64,000 nt of DNA, taken from positions 27,021-91,020 of the forward strand of contig JACOXB010000010.1 of the NCBI GenBank assembly GCA_016176505.1. The letters run 5' to 3'. The position numbers and the translations under genes are program-made. Positions 25,555-35,422 of this stretch are shown here, piece by piece. Origin of the DNA: Candidatus Colwellbacteria bacterium (GTDB taxonomy: Bacteria > Patescibacteriota > Minisyncoccia > UBA6257 > Colwellbacteraceae). The notes beneath the pieces were generated by a model that made no database searches, was not told the origin of the DNA, and worked only from the letters and a program-made list of their open reading frames with translations. Each line of letters starts with the position of its first letter. The first letter of the stretch is position 1.

Positions 25555-27376
25555 CTTCCTTATCTTTATATAATGACTCGCCTATCTTTTGAAGTGCAGA
25601 AGAAAGATTTTGAGCAGCGGTTTCGATTTCGGTTTTATTACTGCCAACGATGGCCTTTTTCAATTCCTCAATTTTAGCGCTGACTTCTTCTTTCAACTCA
25701 GGTTTAATCTTGGCTTCGTTATCTTTAAGGGATTTCTCGGCCGTATAAACAAGGGCTTCGGCCTGATTCCTGGCCTCAGCTAATTCTTTTTTAGCTCTAT
25801 CTTCGCTCGCGTGAGCAGATGCCTCTTGTTTCAACCGCTCAACTTCTTCTTTGCTTAAGGCGGTTGAAGCTTTAATTCTTACTTCGTGGGTTTTCCCGGT
25901 GGCCTTATCAACAGCTTTCACATTCAAGATGCCATTCGCGTCAATATCAAAAGTCACCTCAATCTGGGGCATGCCTCGGGCAGCCGGCGGAATACCCTCA
26001 AGCTTAAATAAGGCCAGGGTTTTATTATCAGCCGCCATCTCTCTTTCGCCTTGAAGCACGTGGATCTCAACCGAAGTTTGATTATCAGCCGCGGTTGAAA
26101 AAATCTGAGTTTTGGCTGTCGGAACAGTCGTATTTTTATCAACTAATCTCGTAAAAATGCCGCCGAGGGTTTCAAGCCCTAAAGAAAGCGGGGTGACATC
26201 GAGCAGGAGCACGTCTTTAATATCGCCTTGGAAAATGCCAGCCTGGACTGCCGCGCCAACCGCCACCACTTCGTCTGGATTAATCGAAAGATGCGGCTCT
26301 TTGTGAAATAGATTTTTGACTGCTTCCCGCATGGCCGGCATTCGGGTCTGGCCGCCAACTAAGATCAGTTCGTCAATGTCTTCGAGTTTAAGACCAGCGC
26401 CTTTGGGCGGGGCGGCTGTTACCGTTTCTTTCACTAGCTCGATCGAGCGGTCGATATACTCCCGCACTAATTCTTCAAGTTTGGCCCGAGTCAGCTTCAT
26501 TAAGAAATGTTTAGGACCTGAAGCATCAGAGCTGATATAGGGCAAATTGATTTCTGTTTCGAGCGAAGTTGAAAGTTCGTGTTTAGCTCGCTCAACAGCT
26601 TCTTTTAAGCGCTGAAGCGCGAGTGGGTCTTTACTAATATCAATACCTTCGCGGCTTTTGTACTCTTTGACAAGCTCATCAATGATTTTTTTGTCAAAAT
26701 CATCGCCGCCCAAGTGTGTGTCGCCGCCAGTGGCTTTGACCTCAACCACATTGTCGCCGACCTCAAGCACGGAAATGTCAAAAGTGCCACCGCCAAAATC
26801 ATAAACCACAATCTGCTCATTCTTTTGCTTATCAAGCCCGTAAGCCAAAGCAGCCGCAGTCGGCTCATTAATAATCCGCTTAACCTTAAATCCGGCAATC
26901 TCGCCGGCGTTCTTCGTGGCTTGTCTTTGAGAATCGTCAAAATAAGCCGGCACGGTGATCACTGCTTCTTCAATTGTTTCGCCGAGCTTGGCTTCGGCAT
27001 CAGCCTTTAATTTCGCAAGCACCATGGCGGAAATTTCCTCGGGCTTATACCAACGGTCGGACATTTTTATCTCCACGCCGCCATCAGCCGCCTCCCTTAG
27101 TTCAAACGGGAGCCATTCTTTGTCGCGCCCGACTGCCGGATCGGAGAAACGCCGGCCAATCAGCCGTTTTACTGAAGAAATCGTGTTTTCCGGATTGGTA
27201 ATAGACTGTCTTTTGGCGAGGAGTCCGACCAACCTTTCGCCAGAACGGGAAATAGCAACTACTGATGGCGTGGTGCGATTACCCTCGCTATTTTCTAAAA
27301 TCCGCGGCTCGCCACCTTCGACTACAGCCATAGCGGAGTTGGTCGTACCCAAATCAATTCCTAGTATTTTGGCCAT
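25526..27376 (-). CDS. dnaK: Chaperone DnaK (Hsp70)
   Basis: [17 protein letters not shown] and the full Hsp70 architecture. Confidence 0.95.
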
Positions 27377-27381
27377 ACTTT

Positions 27382-27876
27382 TTATTTGAATACTCTAACT
27401 TTAGTCGGACGTAAGACCTTGTCGTTAAAAAGATAGCCAGCTTCCAGCTCTTCGGCAATAGTATTCGCTTCGCCTCCCTCAACCGTTGTCACGGCCTCGT
27501 GAAGCGCCGGATTAAAAACTTCGCCTTTTTTAACCTCGATCCTTTGAAGTCCCCTTTTTCTTAAAATATCTTCCAAACGTGATTTAATTAAATAAATCCC
27601 CTTCTCAACCGCCTCATCTTTTTTAAGAGTCACGAGAGCCAGATCAAAAGAATCAAGCACTGAAAGTAATTCGAGAACTAAATCAGCATTGCCGAATCTA
27701 GCTACTTCTTCTAATCTTTTTAATTCCTCTTTTTTGTAATTAATAAGATCGGCCTTGGCTCTTTGCCAGCCAGCCAAATACTCATCCCGCTCTTTAGTCA
27801 GGCGCTCGACCTCTGTTTCCGGCCCTTTCTTATCTTTCTCTTTTTCTTCTCCAGCTTTCTTTTCCTTTTCGGGCAT
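27382..27876 (-). CDS. grpE: Nucleotide exchange factor GrpE
   Basis: Coiled-coil N-terminus plus the GrpE C-terminal beta-domain (…[16 protein letters not shown]…). Confidence 0.85.
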   Translation of the reverse strand: MPEKEKKAGEEKEKDKKGPETEVERLTKERDEYLAGWQRAKADLINYKKEELKRLEEVARFGNADLVLELLSVLDSFDLALVTLKKDEAVEKGIYLIKSRLEDILRKRGLQRIEVKKGEVFNPALHEAVTTVEGGEANTIAEELEAGYLFNDKVLRPTKVRVFK

Positions 27877-28004
27877 AATTAATCCTTCAATTGCGAAATT
27901 TAGCGAAGCGCAAGTCTTCTGTCAAGATTTCATTATAATTTTAAAAATGCGAAAGCCCCTGCGTGTAAGCCGAATGCTTTCGCATCCCCCTCGCACACAG
28001 GGGT

Positions 28005-28409
28005 CTATCCCTCTCCATCTTCCTCCGCCATCTCGCTCATCGCACTCGGCGCATGGAACACGAGTTCCGGATGCTTGAACTCCTCTAGCTGAAGAACGGC
28101 GTAGTAGTGGTTGAGAGCCGATGGCAGGAGATCCTTCTCCAGGAACATCGCGAGGAGAGCCCGGTTTTCCGCTGGGGTTCTGGCGAACTCATTGATCCGA
28201 GGAACGATCTTCTCGAAGAAGAACTCGTTGGCCCTCGTCACGGGTGCGTCTCGCCTCGACTTGTGGTTCAGGAAGGCGACGATCGCCTCCGCAAGACGCA
28301 GAAGGAAACGCCCTCCAGCCTCTTCAGCCGCTGCTTCCCAGACTTGCCACATCAGCTCTTGGCGGAGCTTCTGACGCGCCATATCCCTGACGATCCACGC
28401 CTCTGTCAC
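28005..28409 (-). CDS. Hypothetical protein in GC-rich block
   Basis: 134-aa ORF with a protein-like composition. The local GC content is elevated. No motif recognised. Confidence 0.35.
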   Translation of the reverse strand: MTEAWIVRDMARQKLRQELMWQVWEAAAEEAGGRFLLRLAEAIVAFLNHKSRRDAPVTRANEFFFEKIVPRINEFARTPAENRALLAMFLEKDLLPSALNHYYAVLQLEEFKHPELVFHAPSAMSEMAEEDGEG

Positions 28410-28635
28410 CGCTGTTCACCTCCCGAATTGTCAACGCCCTTAAGGGCACTACGGATTTAATAACTTATTTTATTGATAAAGTCAACTTCAAAATTTCCCC
28501 CCATGAGGTCCTATTTAAAAAAGTCACCATTTTCAGCGATCGCTTAAATCGGTGATATATCGTGCTTTGCCCGTTACTGCCCTGCCCTATGTTTAATAAT
28601 ATGATTAATTATACGGCAACTATAAAACCTATTTT

Positions 28636-28800
28636 GGGGCGAACCCTATCTCCGTAGAGAACATCTCGGAGCGAGGCTAATAAATAGTGAGCGAGGCTAC
28701 CAAGAAGAAGAGACGCGAACATTGTCTGAATCCCGAGCCAGAGGCGAGGTTGAGTTTGAGAGCGGCTTCACCCCTCTTTAGCCGAACGAACCCTATTTAA
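28636..28800. repeat. Cluster of short direct repeats: CGAACCCTAT x2 (28640, 28786) flanking GAGCGAGGCT x2 and CCCGAGCCAGAGGCGAGG, preceded by AACATCTCGGA (also found at 23370)
   Basis: Read directly. The motifs resemble the GAGCGAGCC family of the 21.3-23.5 kb locus. Confidence 0.5.
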
Positions 28801-28838
28801 TCCGAGTGGAGAGCGTTCTTGAGGAGATGGGGCTTGCC

Positions 28839-29441
28839 TCAGCCGCGTCTTTCGAGGGCGCTTCCTAAAGTTTCCTCGTCAGCAAATTCGATTTCGCCGC
28901 CGGACGGGATGCCTCGACCAAGCCGCGTAGTTTTTAGAGCCAGATTTTTTAGTTCTTCCTTGATTAGCGAGGCAATTAAATCTGATTGAGGGTTTGGATT
29001 TAAGGCAATAATAATTTCTTTAGCCTTGCCGCCCATTTCTTTTTCGATCCAAGTTTTTAAGCTCTGGAGCCGCAGGCGCTGTTCAGTTTCTAAAACCCCG
29101 GTTTTCCTTAAATCTCCGATAATCAAATAACGGCCGTTAAACTTACCGGTGTTTTCAATCGACATCACATCAGTTTCTTTCTCAACAACCGCGATCACGC
29201 CCATATCCCGTTTCTTATCCTCGCAAATATCACAAAGCCCGCTTGGATTCTCATGAATATAAAAACACTGCCGACAAAGTTTAATTTTTCTTAAATCGGC
29301 AATTACTCCGGCGGTAGTGTGCGCAAAATCAACTCCTTGCTGAATAAAATAAAAAGCGAGACGAATCGCTTGCCTCGGACCAATGCCCGGCAGAGCGGCA
29401 AAAATCTCAGCGAATCGCTTGATCGGCTTCGGCGCCTGCAT
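28839..29441 (-). CDS. recR: Recombination protein RecR
   Basis: HhH (LPGIGPRQA), a C4 zinc finger (CRQC…CDIC) and a Toprim domain. Confidence 0.9.
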   Translation of the reverse strand: MQAPKPIKRFAEIFAALPGIGPRQAIRLAFYFIQQGVDFAHTTAGVIADLRKIKLCRQCFYIHENPSGLCDICEDKKRDMGVIAVVEKETDVMSIENTGKFNGRYLIIGDLRKTGVLETEQRLRLQSLKTWIEKEMGGKAKEIIIALNPNPQSDLIASLIKEELKNLALKTTRLGRGIPSGGEIEFADEETLGSALERRG

Positions 29442-30783
29442 AAGTTTCTTCGAGATTTTGGAAGCTTACTCTTTGTTTGTCAAAAAAGAGGCGCACTGTT
29501 CCCAAGGGGCCGTTCCGGTGCTTGGCCACAATAATTTCAACCGTATTGTCATCAACCGGCGGCGCATCCATTGAAGTGTCCTGACTCCGAGGATAAAGAA
29601 ACATAACCACATCAGCGTCTTGTTCAATTGCTCCGGATTCACGAAGATCTGCTAACTGGGGCCGTTTAATCCCCCTTTGCTCAACCGCCCGCGAAAGCTG
29701 AGAAACCGCAATAATCGGCACAGCTAATTCACGGGCTAGGCCTTTTAAGCCACGGGAGATCTCGGTCACTTGCTGAACCATGCTGTCCGTGGTTCGACGA
29801 GGCTCAATTAACTGAAGATAGTCAACCACAATTAAACTTAAATCCCCTAGTTCGGCCTGAAGCCTGCGGGCCATTGAGCGCATCTCAACAATATTAGGCG
29901 AAGGACTATCATCAATGTAAAGCGGGGCTGGGCGCAAACGATCAGCCGCGGCAGCGAGCATCTCAAACTCAACTTCGTCTTTCAGCCGGCCAGTTCTTAG
30001 TTTCCAAAGATCAACCTGGGCTTCAGCCGCGATCAAGCGGTCTTCAACCTGGGGCCGGCTCATTTCTAAAGAAAAAATACCAACTGGTTTTTTAAGATCA
30101 ACCGCGATATGACGGGCAATATCCAAGGCGAAGGCGGTTTTACCAAAAGAGGGCCTCGCGCCGATCACAATCAAATCAGATGGCTGGAGCCCGGAAAGAA
30201 TATTATCAAGCTGAATAAATCCGGTCGGCACGCCTCGCAATCCCCCTTCGCCTCGATGGACTCGTTCGATTCGTTCGTAAGCTTCTTTAAGCCCTTCGCC
30301 GATATGAATAAAGTTTTTGGCAATCGAGCGCTGGGAAATAGCAAAAATTCTTTGCTCAACATCGTCTAACAATTTTTCAATATCCTCTTTCGAGGTTAAA
30401 GCCTCTTCGGTTATATGAGCCGAAGCGTTAATTAAACTCCTAAGAACGCTCTTCTCTTTAACGATCTTCGCGTAATGGCTGATGTGAAAAGCGCTCGGCA
30501 CAGAATTTACAAGCTCGGTAAGATAACCTACGCCGCCAGTCTCTTTCAGTTGGCCGCTTTTTTTAAGCGCGGCGCTCACGCTTAAAATATCAATCGGCTC
30601 GCGATCATCCCAGAGGTTAAGAATCCTTTCATAAATTATCTCGTGAGCTTTTTTATAAAAATCATTAGGAGCGAGCAAATCAGCGACAGCCGTAATCGCT
30701 TCTTTATCAAGCATTAAAGAGCCGAGAACTGACTCTTCGGCTTCGAGATCTTGAGGTGGTAATCTTAAATTCTTTTCAGCCAT
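29407..30783 (-). CDS. dnaB: Replicative DNA helicase DnaB
   Basis: N-terminal DnaB domain ([15 protein letters not shown]), Walker [10 protein letters not shown] and RecA-like core motifs. Confidence 0.9.
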   Translation of the reverse strand: MAEKNLRLPPQDLEAEESVLGSLMLDKEAITAVADLLAPNDFYKKAHEIIYERILNLWDDREPIDILSVSAALKKSGQLKETGGVGYLTELVNSVPSAFHISHYAKIVKEKSVLRSLINASAHITEEALTSKEDIEKLLDDVEQRIFAISQRSIAKNFIHIGEGLKEAYERIERVHRGEGGLRGVPTGFIQLDNILSGLQPSDLIVIGARPSFGKTAFALDIARHIAVDLKKPVGIFSLEMSRPQVEDRLIAAEAQVDLWKLRTGRLKDEVEFEMLAAAADRLRPAPLYIDDSPSPNIVEMRSMARRLQAELGDLSLIVVDYLQLIEPRRTTDSMVQQVTEISRGLKGLARELAVPIIAVSQLSRAVEQRGIKRPQLADLRESGAIEQDADVVMFLYPRSQDTSMDAPPVDDNTVEIIVAKHRNGPLGTVRLFFDKQRVSFQNLEETYAGAEADQAIR

Positions 30784-32123
30784 AGAAAAGGCCCTTCGGG
30801 CGTGTCTTCTATGGTATATCCTAACGCCTCTACCCTTTTTCTCAAGCGGTCGGCCTGCGCGCTAACTTTGGTTGGTAGTTTTGGTATTTTGCCTCCCCTT
30901 TTAAGCTCGAGACCGAGAACTTTATCAAATTCAAAAGCTAATTCTAATTTAATAGCTGGTGACAGGTTCGACCGGAGCAAATTCTGAAGCACGGCCAAAG
31001 CTCGCGGTATATCCAAGTCATTATTAATTGCCTCGAGAAAATCTTTTTCAAATTTCTTTTTTAACGCAGTTTTACCAGCAGTTTTCTTATTTTTAAGAAA
31101 ATTAAGAAGCGCGATTTCGTGATAAAGGTTATCAAGCCCTCGCTCGGCCGCGAGAAGTGCCTTCCAGGTAAATTTCAGTTTTGAGCGGTAATGAGCGCCA
31201 AGCGTTAAGTAGCGATAACTTAACGGATTAAAGCCTTTATCAATTAATTTTTGAAGGGTGATGATATTGCCCTCAGATTTCCCCATCCGCGCTTTATCTA
31301 AAACTAGGAATTCACCATGGAGCCAGTAACGAGCTAGGGGCTTGCCATAAGCAGATTCACTTTGAGCAATTTCGTTAGTGTGATGGATCGGAATATGGTC
31401 AACACCGCCAGTATGAATATCAAACGGCTGACCTAAGAAATGAGTGGAAATCGCTGAACACTCAATATGCCAACCAGGAAAAGAATGCTTGCCCCAGGGG
31501 GAGGCCCATTCCATTTGCCGTTTCTCGCCAGGCTTAGCAAATTTCCAAAGAGCAAAATCAGTCGGATTTCTTTTCTCCGGATTTTTCTCAACCCGCGCTC
31601 CCTCTTTCAGTTCTTTTAAATTCTGCTTAGCCAACTTACCGTAGTCTTTGAGTTTTGAAGTATCAAAATAAATACCGTCCCGAGTTTGATAGGTGTAACC
31701 TTTTTTCTCTAAAATCTGAACTAATTTAATTTGCCCTTTAATGTAGACAGTGGCTCTAGCTGTTTTATGCGGCGGTAAAATATTCAACTTTTTAGTATCA
31801 GCAAAAAACGCCTTGGCATAGAACCTGGCTAAATCCCAGGCTGATTTCCGCTCCTTCTTGGCTTCTTTCTCAAGTTTATCCTCGCCCATATCCCGATCGC
31901 CGGTTAAGTGACCGACATCAGTAATATTCATCACCTGCTTCACCCGGTAGCCATTATATTCCAGTGTCCGCCGGAGCAAATCTTCAAAAATATAAGTCTT
32001 TAGATTGCCGATATGGGCAAAATAATAAACCGTCGGGCCGCAAGTATAGAGGCCAACGCTATTTTTACGAATCGGCTTGAATACCTCTTTCTTCCGCGAG
32101 AGAGTATTATAAAACCTAATCAC
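30765..32123 (-). CDS. cysS: Cysteine--tRNA ligase
   Basis: HIGN (HIGH) and KMGKS (KMSKS) class I motifs, and the CysRS zinc ligand context. Confidence 0.9.
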   Translation of the reverse strand: MIRFYNTLSRKKEVFKPIRKNSVGLYTCGPTVYYFAHIGNLKTYIFEDLLRRTLEYNGYRVKQVMNITDVGHLTGDRDMGEDKLEKEAKKERKSAWDLARFYAKAFFADTKKLNILPPHKTARATVYIKGQIKLVQILEKKGYTYQTRDGIYFDTSKLKDYGKLAKQNLKELKEGARVEKNPEKRNPTDFALWKFAKPGEKRQMEWASPWGKHSFPGWHIECSAISTHFLGQPFDIHTGGVDHIPIHHTNEIAQSESAYGKPLARYWLHGEFLVLDKARMGKSEGNIITLQKLIDKGFNPLSYRYLTLGAHYRSKLKFTWKALLAAERGLDNLYHEIALLNFLKNKKTAGKTALKKKFEKDFLEAINNDLDIPRALAVLQNLLRSNLSPAIKLELAFEFDKVLGLELKRGGKIPKLPTKVSAQADRLRKRVEALGYTIEDTPEGPFLWLKRI

Positions 32124-32156
32124 TATTACGAATTATATAACAAAACCAGCGGTCCT

Positions 32157-32471
32157 TTAGGAACCGCTGATTTTAGTAATCTCCACTTCGGTGAAAGGCT
32201 GGCGATGGCCCTTCTTTTTACGATAGCGGGTTTTGGAATGATAGCGGAAAACAATCACTTTTTTGGCCCGAGCCTGGCGGAGAACTTTGGCTTCTACTTT
32301 AGCGGATTCCAAATATGGCTCGCCGATTTTAACTTCTTTCTCGTCGTTTAAAAGCAGAATCTTATCAAAAACAAAGCTGTCGCCGTCCGGCGTTTCTATT
32401 TTCTCAATCTTAAGTTTATCCCCAGGCGAAACTTTGTATTGTTTTCCACCAGTCTCGATTACCGCAAACAT
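32157..32471 (-). CDS. rplU: 50S ribosomal protein L21
   Basis: The N-terminus MFAVIETGGKQYKV is the L21 signature. Confidence 0.9.
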   Translation of the reverse strand: MFAVIETGGKQYKVSPGDKLKIEKIETPDGDSFVFDKILLLNDEKEVKIGEPYLESAKVEAKVLRQARAKKVIVFRYHSKTRYRKKKGHRQPFTEVEITKISGS

Positions 32472-32511
32472 AACAAGCTATATTAAACCTGTTTCAGTCG
32501 ATATAGTCAAA

Positions 32512-32847
32512 TTAATTGAGGGTCGCGATTACCCCGGCCACGATCAAAAAAAGAAGCGAGACAACGAGCGTCCCGACACCGATTATATAAGAAAAGAACC
32601 GATCCCGGTGGTAAATCTGCCAAGCTAAAAAGAAATTAATTAGATACATAGTTAAGGCGATGCCGAGAACGCCGAAAAAAGTGCCGACTCCGCCGGCTAA
32701 ATCAATCTCGTCGCTCAGGCGATTTAGTTTAATAATCAACGGCCCACCCGGATCCTGCGGCAAGCCGATATAACCAACCAGAGAAGCGATAGCAATAAAA
32801 ATAAAGCTTGTGAGAAAAAAGAAAATAATTAACCTATCCTTCGCCAT
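32512..32847 (-). CDS. Hypothetical small membrane protein (start taken at internal Met)
   Basis: Two TM helices. The ORF-track N-terminus overlaps the upstream gene, so the start was trimmed to MAKDRL…. Confidence 0.4.
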   Translation of the reverse strand: MAKDRLIIFFFLTSFIFIAIASLVGYIGLPQDPGGPLIIKLNRLSDEIDLAGGVGTFFGVLGIALTMYLINFFLAWQIYHRDRFFSYIIGVGTLVVSLLFLIVAGVIATLN

Positions 32848-33790
32848 AATTAAGCTTTTTAAACTCTTCAATGAGCGTCGCATCATCCCAAGCAATTCCC
32901 AATCTCTCCGACGAATAGAAACCGGTCCAATCAGCCAAAAGAACGGAATTGAAAAATCGCACTGGCCTTGATTCTCCCTCAAGTGGAGCCGCCTCACCCC
33001 AGAAATAACGCTTCTCTAAATAATCCATCGCTTTCTTTACTCGAGGATCATCTTCATCATCTTTTAGAAAGATATAGGCCGTATAAGGCTTATCTGCTAA
33101 AGCCGCTATTTCGTTATGAGCCAGCTCCGGCAAGACGTTATAAAAAGCGAGGGTCTTCCCAGTTTCGTTCAGCCTTATCTTCCAGTTATAAGCCAAGGCT
33201 TGGTTGCGGGTCGAAGCATAAATAATCGCCGCTTTATTGAAAAGCTGGTCCGCTAAATACTTTCCCTTGTTTTCCCAGCGCATCGGATCAAGTGAAGTAC
33301 TTAAATCTTTTAATTCATTAAGAAGCATTTCTTCGCCCATGAGTTTCAGTGTCGCCCTTACCATTAGACCAACAGCCATTCGGGCCGGCACACCGATATC
33401 AGGAATTTGGACATAAGGAACGCCTTTCTCTTTAGCTAGTTTTAAAAGTTCTCCGCCAGTTGTGACGACAGCGACATTTAAACCGCGACTTTGCGCTTGA
33501 TTAAAGAAATCAATTGTTTCTTTGGTATTCCCAGAATAAGAAACAGCGATGAATAAGGTATCGGCGGCAACCCCCGCCTTCGTTAAAACTTCGGCGGGCA
33601 AGGCATAATCGCGATGTTCGATAATATCGAGTTCCGGCTTTAGGGCTTTAATAATTCCAGCCGCAAGCCCTGAACCACCCATGCCGGCAATGACAAATTT
33701 ATTAAAACCGACTGGCGCCGTATTCTGTATATCTGATTCGTAGCTAAACTGCTCTGGATACTTTTTAACCGCTTCTTCAAAAGAAGCCAT
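32834..33790 (-). CDS. SIS-domain sugar isomerase (archaeal-type bifunctional phosphoglucose/phosphomannose isomerase-like)
   Basis: GMGGSG and SYSGNTKET SIS motifs in two SIS halves. Confidence 0.65.
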   Translation of the reverse strand: MASFEEAVKKYPEQFSYESDIQNTAPVGFNKFVIAGMGGSGLAAGIIKALKPELDIIEHRDYALPAEVLTKAGVAADTLFIAVSYSGNTKETIDFFNQAQSRGLNVAVVTTGGELLKLAKEKGVPYVQIPDIGVPARMAVGLMVRATLKLMGEEMLLNELKDLSTSLDPMRWENKGKYLADQLFNKAAIIYASTRNQALAYNWKIRLNETGKTLAFYNVLPELAHNEIAALADKPYTAYIFLKDDEDDPRVKKAMDYLEKRYFWGEAAPLEGESRPVRFFNSVLLADWTGFYSSERLGIAWDDATLIEEFKKLNYGEG

Positions 33791-33869
33791 AATATAAGCT
33801 TAACAAATTTAAAAAGCAAAGGGGGCGTCCTCCGCAGAGAACGCCCCCGAGCGTCGTGGGGACGTAGTG

Positions 33870-34211
33870 CTAATACTGGTAGTAGTCCTGGACCTCGATC
33901 CACCCCCTGCGGGTGTAAACGTCATATTCGCCCCGGCAGAGATAGGAACCGTGGAACCCCAGTGCTCCTTCTTCGACCGAAGCCCTACCACGGAAATTCC
34001 AGTTTGTACCAGGCGGGAACGGTGGTTCACGATCCAACCCGCTAATGTCGAGCAGGATCGTGATCTTGCTTCCGTAGGAAGTTGACGAGTGGAAGACGTT
34101 ATCGGTGACTCCCACTCTCCGCCAGCCAAGGAAGTAGAGTAAGAAACCCATCTCACTTGGACCGCGCTCGATCTCGAAGCGCGTCCACTTCCGGCGAGGC
34201 ATACGCCCCAC
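33870..34211 (-). CDS. Hypothetical protein in GC-rich island upstream of tRNA-Glu
   Basis: 113-aa ORF. A perfect 26-bp palindrome (34348-34373, centred on CTGCAG) lies in its upstream region. Confidence 0.35.
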   Translation of the reverse strand: MGRMPRRKWTRFEIERGPSEMGFLLYFLGWRRVGVTDNVFHSSTSYGSKITILLDISGLDREPPFPPGTNWNFRGRASVEEGALGFHGSYLCRGEYDVYTRRGWIEVQDYYQY

Positions 34212-34463
34212 CTCCTTTCAACGTACTGTCGCTATTCAGCCGTAGCGACCTTCGACGTTATCCCCTTACGGGAGACCACCCGCTCATACAAGCAGGAATT
34301 ATTAATAGATAAGCATAAAACTATTTAATAGTCAATAGATAATAATATTATAACATTCTGCAGAATGTTATAATATTCTGTATAGCAAAATCGAGTATAT
34401 AAAAATGCGAAGGCTCCTCCCCGCCCCGGCAGGGAGGAGCCAACGTGTGCGGGCGGAGGTGAA

Positions 34464-35090
34464 TCAACGCCGTAGGAGCTCGAATGTGTTGTGATCGAGA
34501 CGGATGTCTGGCGGGATGTTGTACTCCCGAACCAGCTCCTCGGGGATCGGATCGGGAGATCGATCCATAACCATGGTCCCCAGAGGCAGGGGCGGCCGAC
34601 CGCCATCGGAAAACTGAAGCCTCATTTCCTCCGGCTTCCATCCCGAGACATGGACAACCCGAGGCCGCAAGTAAGAAGCGGCCCTATCGCGCAGCTCTTC
34701 ACGGCACGCGAGACACGTCCAGTGAACTTCTCGATACTCGCGGTCACCGCCGTAGTGATCAGCGGGGCCTCTTGTACCCTCGAGGTAGACCGGTAGAATC
34801 TCGCTTGCCGGCACAGCCCCGTGATGGTAAGTGCAGTAGTCCTTACCGTCTTCGAGCAACCTGCGCCGCAAGAGCGTCAACCGATCCTTACGGTAGCTTG
34901 CGATCTCCCCTTCGAGCGCCCCCCTCTTCTTGTCCAGGGTCCTCTGGGTGGCCTTGAGACCGAAGAACTTCCTTACGATCTCCTTCCCCAGGAAGCCCAG
35001 TTCGCCTTCCTGGAGCTCACCGAATAGAGTCTTCGCTGTCACGCTCATCCTTTCTTCACCTCCTCCAATTGTCGATGTGCGGGCGGCCAT
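34464..35090 (-). CDS. Hypothetical protein in GC-rich island (real start probably at internal MSVTAKTLF…)
   Basis: ORF with a protein-like composition and elevated GC. It is followed on the minus strand by the hairpin GGCTCCTCCC…GGGAGGAGCC plus a T-run (about 34388-34441). Confidence 0.4.
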   Translation of the reverse strand: MAARTSTIGGGEERMSVTAKTLFGELQEGELGFLGKEIVRKFFGLKATQRTLDKKRGALEGEIASYRKDRLTLLRRRLLEDGKDYCTYHHGAVPASEILPVYLEGTRGPADHYGGDREYREVHWTCLACREELRDRAASYLRPRVVHVSGWKPEEMRLQFSDGGRPPLPLGTMVMDRSPDPIPEELVREYNIPPDIRLDHNTFELLRR

Positions 35091-35161
35091 AAAGCCAAAT
35101 TCACTTTGGCTGATTTTAGGAGATTAGTCAATTATTAAAATTTCTGTTATGATTCCGACGA

Positions 35162-35237
35162 GCTCCCATCGTCTAGTGGCCTAGGACGCATGGTTCTCAT
35201 CCATGTAACCGGGGTTCGATTCCCCGTGGGAGCGCCA
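35162..35237 (+). tRNA. tRNA-Glu (anticodon CTC), CCA encoded
   Basis: Hand-folded: GCTCCCA / TC GTCT AGTGGCCTA GGAC G / CATGG TTCTCAT CCATG / TAAC / CGGGG TTCGATT CCCCG / TGGGAGC G CCA. Confidence 0.8.
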
Positions 35238-35244
35238 GAAATAA

Positions 35245-35276
35245 AAAGACCTGTTGACGGGTCTTTTTGTTTTTGG
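35245..35276 (+). terminator. Intrinsic terminator after tRNA-Glu (AGACC-tgttgacg-GGTCT + TTTTGTTTTTGG)
   Basis: Read directly. Confidence 0.55.
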
Positions 35277-35393
35277 GGAATCGAACCAGGAAGGGGTCGG
35301 GAAACGGTAGTTTCCCGTGTCGGAAAACAGCGAGCGAAGCGAGTGCCAGAAACCGAGGGTGTCTGGGGAGCGAATGAAAATGAGCGACGTGAG

Positions 35394-35411
35394 ATTCCCC
35401 GTGGGAGCGCA
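35394..35411 (+). repeat. 18-bp direct duplicate of the tRNA-Glu 3' end (GATTCCCCGTGGGAGCGC), bounding a ~160-bp insertion that carries GCGAG / AGAAACC motifs
   Basis: Identical to 35218-35235 of the tRNA. The intervening segment contains CAGCGAGCGAAGCGAGTGCCAGAAACCGAGG. Confidence 0.6.
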
Positions 35412-35422
35412 AAAAACAAAAA

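Noticed and set aside
25589-27389. Multiple 60-145-aa ORFs inside or antisense to dnaK (for example 26955..27389)
   Set aside because: They are nested in a strongly supported dnaK reading frame and have no motifs.
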